Shown in pieces: positions 1-7,715 of a stretch of DNA of 44,420 nt. The notes under the pieces are model-generated. The model had not been told where the DNA came from, did not search any database, and was given only the letters and a program-made list of their open reading frames with translations. A program made the position numbers and the translations under genes. The DNA comes from Minisyncoccota bacterium. Lineage in GTDB: Bacteria > Patescibacteriota > Minisyncoccia > Phycocordibacterales > JABMNX01. Position 1 is the stretch's first letter. Every line of letters begins with the position of its first letter. The stretch lies in NCBI GenBank assembly GCA_040876885.1, contig JBBDOU010000002.1, positions 1 to 44,420 of the forward strand, read 5' to 3'.

Positions 1-384
1 TGGGAAGAAAATACCTATCAATTTAATTTAGATGAGCTCGTAGCAGTACTTCCCACACCAAAAGCATACGATGTGCTATCAGAAGATAAGGATTTTATCT
101 ATAAACCATTTTCACTCTTTCCGTCAGCACTCCGTGACATAGCGGTTTGGGTTCCAGAGGAGTTTTCAAGTGAAGATGTCCGTGCCATGATTATAAAGGA
201 AGGAGGGGAGCTTCTTGTGCAATCAGGACTCTTTGATGAGTATAAGAAAGATGCAAGAGTGTCATACGGGTTCAAGCTCGTATTTCAATCGGAAGAGAAG
301 ACACTTGCAGATGATGAAGTTGCTGTTGTTATGAGAAAGATAACAGAGGCTCTTAACAGTCAAGATGGTTTTGAGGTGCGTTAA
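1..384 (+). CDS. pheT: Phenylalanine--tRNA ligase beta subunit, C-terminal part (FDX-ACB domain); 5' truncated by window edge
   Basis: Frame open from base 1; FPSALRDIAVWV...LFDEY...SYGFKLVFQSEEKTLADDEV matches the ferredoxin-fold anticodon-binding domain. Confidence 0.9.
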   Translation, partial: WEENTYQFNLDELVAVLPTPKAYDVLSEDKDFIYKPFSLFPSALRDIAVWVPEEFSSEDVRAMIIKEGGELLVQSGLFDEYKKDARVSYGFKLVFQSEEKTLADDEVAVVMRKITEALNSQDGFEVR

Positions 385-449
385 ATAACAAGGGCACTCT
401 TGTTGTTTGTTGTGGCTGTATAGGACTCTTTTTTATGGCCCTTAATCCC

Positions 450-490
450 CAAAAAACCTTAAAATCACCTTGTTTTTAAGGGTTTTTTTG
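450..490 (+). terminator. Possible intrinsic terminator after pheT
   Basis: AAAAAACCTTAAAA...TTTTAAGGGTTTTTTT inverted repeat with T-run. Confidence 0.45.
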
Positions 491-546
491 ATATACTGAG
501 ATGACTAAAGGAGGGGCTCCTTTTTTAATATATACTCCCTAAACAT

Positions 547-2646
547 ATGGCTGAAAATAAAGAAAAGAAGCAGAAAGAAACACCTAAAAAAGGTAGCTAT
601 GGCGCTGATGACATTACTGTCCTTGAGGGACTAGAAGCTGTTCGACGGCGCCCTGGTATGTATATCGGAACCACAGGTCCTGATGGACTGCACCACCTTA
701 TCTGGGAAGTCTTTGATAACTCACGGGATGAGGCGATGGGTGGTTTTGCTAACCGGATTGAGCTTGCGCTCCTTCCGGGAAATCGAGTCCGTGTATCTGA
801 TAACGGACGAGGTATTCCAGTTGATATACATAAAAAGACAAAAGTTTCAGCGCTTGAAACTATTATGACCACACTCCACGCTGGCGGTAAGTTTGGAGGA
901 GAGGGATACAAGGTTTCTGGTGGACTTCATGGAGTAGGTATCTCTGTGGTGAACGCACTCTCGTCAAACACAAAAGCGGTGATTTACCGCGACGGAGGCA
1001 AATTTATCCAAGAATATAAAGATGGCGGAAAGGCAAAAGCTAAGGTTAAAAAACTACAGGCATCAAAACTTAATGGAACGGTTATTACCTATGAGGCAGA
1101 TGTAGAGATTTTTAAGGAAATCATATATGACTGGAATAAGATTGTTTCTCATTTACGACAACAAGCATACCTTGTAAAAGGACTTCACATTAGTATTTTT
1201 GATTTACGGGATTCTGATGTGAGCAAAATTGATTTAGACGACGGACTCTATCTTGCTGATTTAGGAATAGAATGTCCTTCGATGTCATTTTACTTCGAAG
1301 GAGGGCTTCTTTCTCTAGTAAAGTTTCAAAACCGCCATCAAAAAGCAGTACATAAAAATATTTTCTATATTGAAAAAGAAGTAGATGATATCCAAGTGGA
1401 GGTCTCACTGCAGTATGTAGATGACATCTCTCCACGCATATCTGCTTTTGCAAACAATATATATAACCCAGAAGGAGGTATGCATATTACAGGGTTTAAA
1501 ACCGCGCTAACACGAACGCTTAATAATTATGCAAAAAAGAGTAGTGGCAGTAGTGCAAAAGAAGGTGAAGCTTTCACGGGAGATGACGTCCTTGAAGGAT
1601 TGACCTGTGTCGTTTCTATTAAGATGCCCGAGATTCAGTTTGAGGGACAGACTAAGGCAAAGCTTGGTAGTGTCGAGGCTCGTGGAGCAGTTGATGGGGT
1701 CTTTAGTGAAGCGTTTAACACTTTCCTAGAGGAACACCCAGAAGACGCAAAAGGCATTATTTCTAAAGTGACCCTTGCGCTTAAGGCTCGAAAAGCAGCT
1801 AAAGCCGCTAAAGATTCTGTGCTTCGAAAAGGGGCACTCGATGGTATGACACTTCCTGGGAAACTTGCTGACTGCCAAACAAAGAGCGCGGAAGAGTCAG
1901 AGATTTTTATTGTAGAGGGTGACTCAGCAGGAGGTTCTGGTAAACAAGGGCGTGACCGTCGCACACAAGCAATCTTACCGCTTCGAGGAAAGATTCTTAA
2001 CGTAGAGCGCGCGCGTCTTGACCGAATGCTTGCATCAAATGAGATAAAAGCACTCGTTGTTGCGCTCGGCACCGCTATTGGAGATACGTTTGATATTGAA
2101 AAACTCCGGTACCATAAAGTAATTATTGCAACTGACGCGGATGTGGACGGGGCACATATTCGAACACTCCTCTTAACACTTTTTTACCGGTACTTTAGAC
2201 CAGTTATTGATGGAGGGTTCTTGTATATTGCACAACCGCCTTTGTATAAAATTAAGAAAGGAAAAGAGACCTTTTATGCGTACTCTGAAGAAGAAAAGAT
2301 TGACTACTTAGGTGAAGAAGCAAACCTTATTCAAGGATTACCTGAGGGCGGTGAGTATGAGGACACTGAAACACAAGAAGAAGAGACTACTGGCGAAGAG
2401 GCTGATGATACTAAGAAGAAAGCATCTACAAAGACAAATATTCAACGGTACAAAGGGCTTGGTGAGATGAACCCTGAGGAATTATGGGAGACTACTATGG
2501 ATCCTGAGAAACGAGTACTGAAACAAGTGACTGTAGAAGACGGGCAAGAAGCAGATAACATCTTTGATACGCTCATGGGGACTGATGTAGCCGCACGTAA
2601 ATCATTTATCCAGTCAAACGCAAAGAACGCAAATCTGGATATCTAA
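547..2646 (+). CDS. gyrB: DNA gyrase subunit B
   Basis: EAVRRRPGMYIG, GHKL ATPase motifs (DNGRGIP, LHAGGKF, SGGLHGVG), TOPRIM EGDSAGG, PLRGKILN, DADVDG, QRYKGLGEM. Confidence 0.97.
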   Translation: MAENKEKKQKETPKKGSYGADDITVLEGLEAVRRRPGMYIGTTGPDGLHHLIWEVFDNSRDEAMGGFANRIELALLPGNRVRVSDNGRGIPVDIHKKTKVSALETIMTTLHAGGKFGGEGYKVSGGLHGVGISVVNALSSNTKAVIYRDGGKFIQEYKDGGKAKAKVKKLQASKLNGTVITYEADVEIFKEIIYDWNKIVSHLRQQAYLVKGLHISIFDLRDSDVSKIDLDDGLYLADLGIECPSMSFYFEGGLLSLVKFQNRHQKAVHKNIFYIEKEVDDIQVEVSLQYVDDISPRISAFANNIYNPEGGMHITGFKTALTRTLNNYAKKSSGSSAKEGEAFTGDDVLEGLTCVVSIKMPEIQFEGQTKAKLGSVEARGAVDGVFSEAFNTFLEEHPEDAKGIISKVTLALKARKAAKAAKDSVLRKGALDGMTLPGKLADCQTKSAEESEIFIVEGDSAGGSGKQGRDRRTQAILPLRGKILNVERARLDRMLASNEIKALVVALGTAIGDTFDIEKLRYHKVIIATDADVDGAHIRTLLLTLFYRYFRPVIDGGFLYIAQPPLYKIKKGKETFYAYSEEEKIDYLGEEANLIQGLPEGGEYEDTETQEEETTGEEADDTKKKASTKTNIQRYKGLGEMNPEELWETTMDPEKRVLKQVTVEDGQEADNIFDTLMGTDVAARKSFIQSNAKNANLDI

Positions 2647-2657
2647 AAACTAGTGGC

Positions 2658-2698
2658 AAATAAAAAAACACCCTCGCAAGGAAGGTGTTTTTTTATTT
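2658..2698. terminator. Bidirectional intrinsic terminator
   Basis: AAATAAAAAAACACC / GGTGTTTTTTTATTT 15-bp inverted repeat between convergent genes. Confidence 0.85.
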
Positions 2699-2714
2699 CA
2701 TAAAGATTCCTCGA

Positions 2715-3725
2715 TTACTTAACGATAGTAAATGTTATTTGTGCAATATTGTTGTCCTTGGTTACTTCATTGCGAACACTTCCTGTTGGGTCAGCGTTAA
2801 TAGTGATAACACCTTCTGCTAGGTCTTTATTAAGTTGGTCAAAGCCAAGTGTAAAGTCAATTCGGTCACCGGGGGCAAGTGCCTTTTGGTTTGTTGAGTG
2901 AAAGATGTGCATTGGAAATGTTGGGAGTACGACGTTAAATGTCCAATTGTCAGAAGTTTTAGAACCTGTGTTTATTACTGAAAATCGCACCGCACCGCTA
3001 TCGGTTACTTTAAGTGATGATGTTTTTGTGAAAATATCATTGGCGTCAATAGTGCCTACACCAATAATACGTACTGCAAGGTCAACGTGCCCATTTGGGT
3101 TAGACACAGTGTGTGCTGAGGAAACAGGTAAAACCTGCTTTGTCTTTTCCCCAGCGGTTGTCTGTGGCACCGTGGTATTTCCTTCTTGTGTCGTGGTACT
3201 TTCAGCGATTGATTCGTTAACAATAGTAAAGAAATTATCATCAAGTGTTGTCGCTTCTCCGGAAGTATCAAAAGAAGTTAAAGAAAAGGGAACGTCTACA
3301 CGGTGTACTGTTTTCGATGTTGGAGTCACAAAGAGAGAGTGAGTGTTGTTTTGAAATGAGTAAGGATTATCACACGCCACTTCTTCGTACTGTTCGTTAT
3401 TTGTAGAAACCTTGAAAGAAACACCTTCTTTACATGCGTAACTAAATGCGTATGTTCCGTTCTCTGGCTTACTTGTATGTTCCCAATTAAGCGAGTACGT
3501 CGTACCAGATGGTACAAGGGAGTTTGGGGTATTAAGTGTAATAGCCTCGTTTGGAACAAAGACTGATTTAAAGCTTATTACTGAAGCAATGTTAGAGAAG
3601 GCGGCAGGGGCTAGTTTTACCACCTGTACGGTCCCCCAAAGACCTATAAGCAAGACGGCAACAAAGCCAACTATTGCGAGTCCATTAATAAGGAGTCCTT
3701 TTACCTGTGTTCCTTGTGTATTCAT
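2715..3725 (-). CDS. Membrane-anchored extracellular protein with C-terminal CARDB/Ig-like domain
   Basis: N-terminal hydrophobic helix; Thr-rich linker; DLAV...F.VINTG...LAPG...ADP...E....NN pattern typical of CARDB; TTGACA promoter just upstream. Confidence 0.65.
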   Translation of the reverse strand: MNTQGTQVKGLLINGLAIVGFVAVLLIGLWGTVQVVKLAPAAFSNIASVISFKSVFVPNEAITLNTPNSLVPSGTTYSLNWEHTSKPENGTYAFSYACKEGVSFKVSTNNEQYEEVACDNPYSFQNNTHSLFVTPTSKTVHRVDVPFSLTSFDTSGEATTLDDNFFTIVNESIAESTTTQEGNTTVPQTTAGEKTKQVLPVSSAHTVSNPNGHVDLAVRIIGVGTIDANDIFTKTSSLKVTDSGAVRFSVINTGSKTSDNWTFNVVLPTFPMHIFHSTNQKALAPGDRIDFTLGFDQLNKDLAEGVITINADPTGSVRNEVTKDNNIAQITFTIVK

Positions 3726-3791
3726 AATGTCTTATGTTTAGCACATTAAAATAAAAATGTCAAGTCATTTGTATTATCCTCACAAACCTCA

Positions 3792-3830
3792 TTTTGGCGG
3801 TCGGACCGCCAAAACGGTCGGACCGCCAAA
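3792..3830. repeat. Palindrome with tandem partial duplication
   Basis: TTTTGGCGGTC-G-GACCGCCAAAA (3792-3814); CGGTCGGACCGCCAAA at 3798-3813 and 3815-3830. Confidence 0.9.
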
Positions 3831-4017
3831 GGTAGCTGGTGTCAGTCGAAGTAACAGTCGCTCGGGTTACTACTTTGCTATACAGCTCTGATACCTACCA
3901 TTAAACGTCACGGTTTTGTATGGTCTTGAACTAGAGTTCGTAACCACACGTGATTGGTAATATGTCCAATTAATTGAGCATACACCTTCGATTAATTAAA
4001 GTGCAGATACGGTGTCT
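3831..4017 (+). ncRNA. Candidate structured non-coding RNA of unknown class
   Basis: Series of helices whose non-Watson-Crick pairs are G-U on the + strand; no ORF; no recognised family motif. Confidence 0.35.
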
Positions 4018-4071
4018 CCTTGACAAATGCTTTAATATAGTGTAGAAATATGTATAGATTAATAAGAGATT

Positions 4072-4734
4072 ATGGGAGAAAAAATAACAGAGATTAAGAA
4101 GACAACGTTAGTTGTGCTTGAACATAAGTGGGAATTCCTTCCTATTTTCTTAGCCGTGTTTTTTATTTTATTTTCTATAGCGTCCCTTATAGGATTTGTT
4201 CCCGAACCAAAGGAGGATTCTGTTACAGGCGTTGCGTATAAAAATATTGAAAAAGCTGAGGCTTCTGAAGTTGTCACTACTGTAGTTTCTGCTAATCCAG
4301 TGCACATCACGATTCCTTCTGTTGGTGTTGATGTAAATGTAGAAAATCCAGAAAGCCGTGAGATTGCCGTGCTCGACAGCGCACTCAATAAAGGGGCGGT
4401 ACGGTACCCTGGAACAGGTTCATTGACCGAGGATGCCAATATTTTTATTTTTGGGCATTCAAGTTTCTTGCCGAATGTGATTAATAAAAACTATCAAGCA
4501 TTCAATGGTCTTAAAAGGTTAAAAGGAGGAGAAGAAATTTTTGTAGACTCAGCTGATACCCGATATGTCTATCGTGTTTCAGTTGTTGCTATGGCGCAAG
4601 CAAGTGAAATCAAAGTTGACTTAAGTCAGGGAGTAAGAAAACTCACACTTTCAACGTGCAATTCATTTGGTTCAGAATCAGAGCGATACATTGTAGAAGC
4701 AGATTTTGTAGGAAGCTACTCGCTTACTATCTAA
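4072..4734 (+). CDS. Sortase (transpeptidase)
   Basis: N-terminal TM helix; catalytic H (IFGHSS), C (LTLSTC) and R (ERYIV); TTGACA at 4020-4025. Confidence 0.93.
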   Translation: MGEKITEIKKTTLVVLEHKWEFLPIFLAVFFILFSIASLIGFVPEPKEDSVTGVAYKNIEKAEASEVVTTVVSANPVHITIPSVGVDVNVENPESREIAVLDSALNKGAVRYPGTGSLTEDANIFIFGHSSFLPNVINKNYQAFNGLKRLKGGEEIFVDSADTRYVYRVSVVAMAQASEIKVDLSQGVRKLTLSTCNSFGSESERYIVEADFVGSYSLTI

Positions 4735-4769
4735 GGATAGCAGGTGGCTAGCTCTCTATAGAAGAGAGT

Positions 4770-4780
4770 TGTTCTTTAAA
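4770..4780 (+). promoter_or_regulatory. boxA-like element following a small hairpin (4751-4769)
   Basis: TGTTCTTTAAA versus rrn boxA consensus TGCTCTTTAACA; SD TAAGGAGG at 4827-4834. Confidence 0.4.
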
Positions 4781-4844
4781 GTCGTATAAACAAAACCAAA
4801 CAACCTTTCAACTTGAGAGACTGCCCTAAGGAGGGGCTACTCAC

Positions 4845-6200
4845 ATGAAACGTTTCAACCACATCACTCCGTTTCTTCTCGCGGTAGTTGTTGTTTTGAG
4901 CCTTTCGGCATGTGCCGTTGGCCAAGACAACACCGTCGTGAACTGTCAGGGCAATTGCCCTAACCTTACCGTCAACGCGAGCGGTGGCCTTGCTGGACTT
5001 CCTTCTTCGGACGGATATCGACAGTACGGCCCTGTTTCCGCGAATCGTGTCGGTTCAGAATCGTCACGAATCCATATGTTGGATGGTGGTAACTCGACAC
5101 CGACGCACAAGGCGAAAGTGAAGAATGTGTCATCGAAACCCACCTGGTACGCTTGGTGGGCAAAACGGACAAATGTATCGAGAGCTGATCTTGCAGATGC
5201 TTTTGACGCAGACGACAAGAGGCTCCTTCGGGTGCCGACGTCGACGTTCGTCCAGAGTATCGGCTCACGCGGCATTCCGATTCCACAAGACGAAAAAGCT
5301 TTTGCGGAATTTATCCGGTCTTCAGACCGGGTGAAGGAAGTTGATTGCACGGCCAAACTTTTGAACGAATACAACATGTCTCGTTCGAGCAAAGACGGAA
5401 GAACCGTCGACATGGATTGGTCGCGCAAGTCGTGCTATAAAAGCGAGAAATTTCTCGTCTACGTGCACGATGACAAAAGTGAGCAAGCGTTTCTCTCCCT
5501 TGGGTGTGGAAATATTCTTACTCCAAAAAAAGAAAAGCTCACGTATAATCTTCCGGATATTTCGGCTCCGAGCACAGGTGCGGGCACGTTCACTCTTACG
5601 TCCGCACCATCAAGTGGTCGCGGTGGATGTCTCCGTGAAGAAAACGGCGCATTCATGGAATTTGCCAGGGAGAAACTCGGCGAGGAAGTTGTCCTTATCA
5701 CGCATTGCGTGATTAAACCAGTTGGTCCTGCAGAAGGGCTTAGCTGGACGGCTTCTGATCGCCGTAAATACGGCGTCGCCGCTCGGTGGTCGAGTCTGGT
5801 CTCAAATGGTGTACTTGTTGAGGAGAAAACGCGGTCCGCCTACCGCCTTTCAGAGATGGAAGTAGCGTTGGGGGAGCGTGTTCGGTTTGTCACCCTCGCA
5901 ACAAGAGCGTTATTCGAAGTTGAAGCTACTTCAGATGGTGTTCTTGAGATTCCAAGTAATCTCGTAACATCGCCCGATGGCCGGACGGTTATCGCATATC
6001 CGCGTCGCATCGTGAACAAAGAATCGGTCATGAAGTGGCAAACGGAGGGGGTTAGCATATGCTATCCTTCAAACGGCGATGACAATTACACCCGTGGTCG
6101 TGGTCCGAAAAACGGACAGCCGAGCGAGTTGTTTAACGCAGTTGCTGGTGGAAAGAATTTCACCATCAATTTCTCCGTTGCGTGTGCAGGCGAGACTTAA
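4845..6200 (+). CDS. Putative lipoprotein, function unknown
   Basis: Signal peptide with lipobox LSAC; strong SD; many Cys; visibly more GC-rich codons than neighbours. Confidence 0.7.
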   Translation: MKRFNHITPFLLAVVVVLSLSACAVGQDNTVVNCQGNCPNLTVNASGGLAGLPSSDGYRQYGPVSANRVGSESSRIHMLDGGNSTPTHKAKVKNVSSKPTWYAWWAKRTNVSRADLADAFDADDKRLLRVPTSTFVQSIGSRGIPIPQDEKAFAEFIRSSDRVKEVDCTAKLLNEYNMSRSSKDGRTVDMDWSRKSCYKSEKFLVYVHDDKSEQAFLSLGCGNILTPKKEKLTYNLPDISAPSTGAGTFTLTSAPSSGRGGCLREENGAFMEFAREKLGEEVVLITHCVIKPVGPAEGLSWTASDRRKYGVAARWSSLVSNGVLVEEKTRSAYRLSEMEVALGERVRFVTLATRALFEVEATSDGVLEIPSNLVTSPDGRTVIAYPRRIVNKESVMKWQTEGVSICYPSNGDDNYTRGRGPKNGQPSELFNAVAGGKNFTINFSVACAGET

Positions 6201-6265
6201 TTTCTGGAGTGTGTGCGGATGCAAGAAATGCATCTGTACACAACTCCTTTTTATACTAAAGTATT

Positions 6266-7666
6266 ATGACAACACAATTAATTAACACAAAAGAAAACAT
6301 GAAAACAAGTATTAAACGAATAGCTCGTAAATTCACGGCTTTTTCTGTGTCGTTGGTTGTATTTTTTATAGCTTTCTCTCACATAACCCCTGAATATAAA
6401 TTAATTCAAGGACATAAGACGACTTCATATAATTTTTCAGTAGCGCAGTATGCGTTCGCTGGTGACTCTGGCGATGGAGCTGGTGGTGACTCTGGCGACG
6501 GGGGCGGTGATGGTGATTCTGGCGACGGAGGCGGTGATGGTGACTCCGGCGACGGAGGCGGAGCTGGTGGTGACTCTGGCGATGGAGGTGGCGGTGATTC
6601 CGGAGATGGTGATGGCGACGGAGGTTCATCAACCCCAACTCCAGCAACTCCTCCAAACTCTGGTGATTCATCAGGCGACGGAGGCGGGGATTCCGGAGGT
6701 GATAGTTCTGGTGATTCATCAGGCGATTCAAGTGGCGATGGTGGTTCAACACCTACACCAACAGGTGGGTCAGGTAGCACTGGAGGACCGGGTGGTCTTA
6801 ATGCACCATCAGTAACCCTAAATTCAATTCCGGGAGCTGGTGAACAGTCTCTTGCATTCATCACCCTAAGTCAAATTCCGTATACTGGATTTAAGGCAGG
6901 TACACTCCTTGCTAGCTTTTACTGGTTGATGCTTACACTGTTAAGTGGCGTTGTTGCATATTTTATTTTTATACAAAAGATAGGAGCAAAGTTAGTACGA
7001 GTATTTAGTAGTCACAACAACACTTCACAAGAAGCAGAACACTATGTTGTTACTGAAGATGAAGAACGTACAATTCTTAAATCTCATATTCGCGAAGAAA
7101 GCGCACCAATTTCTTTGGGACGACCAAGCAATCTTCCAACAGAGGAGGTGGGTAGTGCCTCGAGAGACGCTATTGTCGTAACGACTGATGAAAATGGGCG
7201 GTCTCCTCGCCTTGAGTTAAGACGAACAGTAACAGCCCCTAAAGATATTGAAAATAATACTTCCGTAATGTCACGAGGGATTAATATCGAAAAGGTGGAA
7301 CAGGGCACTACTCAAACACAAGCATCAACGATGATTGAAATCATCAAAGCTATTGTTCAAGGAAATACATCGTATCTCTTAGAGCTTATGCAGGCACATA
7401 AGGTAAGCAGAGAAGATGTCTCAGCTGTCTTAATACAGGTTCTTTGTGAGCTTGATAAACTCTACGCACGTCGAATGGGGGAGGATGAGACCCTTAAAGA
7501 TGAGTCCGTTGAAGATTTATTTGAGAACTGGGAAGGTAAGGAAATTGGAAAACTTGTACATATGCTTTCAACCGGCATTGACCAAAACTATCTTACACAG
7601 CACACGAGTGCAAAGATGGCTCTCATTCGAGCATTAGAATACGCACGAGAAGTTAAGCATAAATAA
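6266..7666 (+). CDS. Secreted Gly/Asp/Ser-repeat protein with IPYTG sortase-like motif, TM helix and large C-terminal domain
   Basis: Long signal region ending AFA; GDSGDG repeats; LSQIPYTG then a hydrophobic helix, basic residues and ~230 further aa. Confidence 0.8.
   Translation: MTTQLINTKENMKTSIKRIARKFTAFSVSLVVFFIAFSHITPEYKLIQGHKTTSYNFSVAQYAFAGDSGDGAGGDSGDGGGDGDSGDGGGDGDSGDGGGAGGDSGDGGGGDSGDGDGDGGSSTPTPATPPNSGDSSGDGGGDSGGDSSGDSSGDSSGDGGSTPTPTGGSGSTGGPGGLNAPSVTLNSIPGAGEQSLAFITLSQIPYTGFKAGTLLASFYWLMLTLLSGVVAYFIFIQKIGAKLVRVFSSHNNTSQEAEHYVVTEDEERTILKSHIREESAPISLGRPSNLPTEEVGSASRDAIVVTTDENGRSPRLELRRTVTAPKDIENNTSVMSRGINIEKVEQGTTQTQASTMIEIIKAIVQGNTSYLLELMQAHKVSREDVSAVLIQVLCELDKLYARRMGEDETLKDESVEDLFENWEGKEIGKLVHMLSTGIDQNYLTQHTSAKMALIRALEYAREVKHK
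6461..6745 (+). repeat. Intragenic low-complexity repeat encoding GDSGDG / GDSS units
   Basis: Repeated GGTGAyTCyGGCGAyGG units with synonymous third-position variation. Confidence 0.9.
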
Positions 7667-7670
7667 CTAT

Positions 7671-7710
7671 ATACAAAAAACCCGCCTCTATAGAGGCGGG
7701 TTTTTTGTAT
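7671..7710. terminator. Bidirectional terminator; perfect 40-bp palindrome
   Basis: ATACAAAAAACCCGCCTCTA|TAGAGGCGGGTTTTTTGTAT between convergent genes. Confidence 0.85.
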
Positions 7711-7715
7711 TAACG

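Noticed and set aside
508-518. AAGGAGGGGCT shared with 4828-4838
   Set aside because: Short SD-like match, too far from the gyrB ATG; probably chance
3831-3860. tRNA/tmRNA 3' end on the minus strand (TTCGACT...ACCA-like)
   Set aside because: Flanks do not form a T-stem or acceptor stem
3831-3899. Hammerhead ribozyme or known riboswitch
   Set aside because: CUGAUGA and GAAA cores are absent, and no aptamer consensus was recognised
6366-6864. His/Arg-rich and Pro/Ser-rich alternative ORFs
   Set aside because: Shadow frames of the GDSGDG repeat
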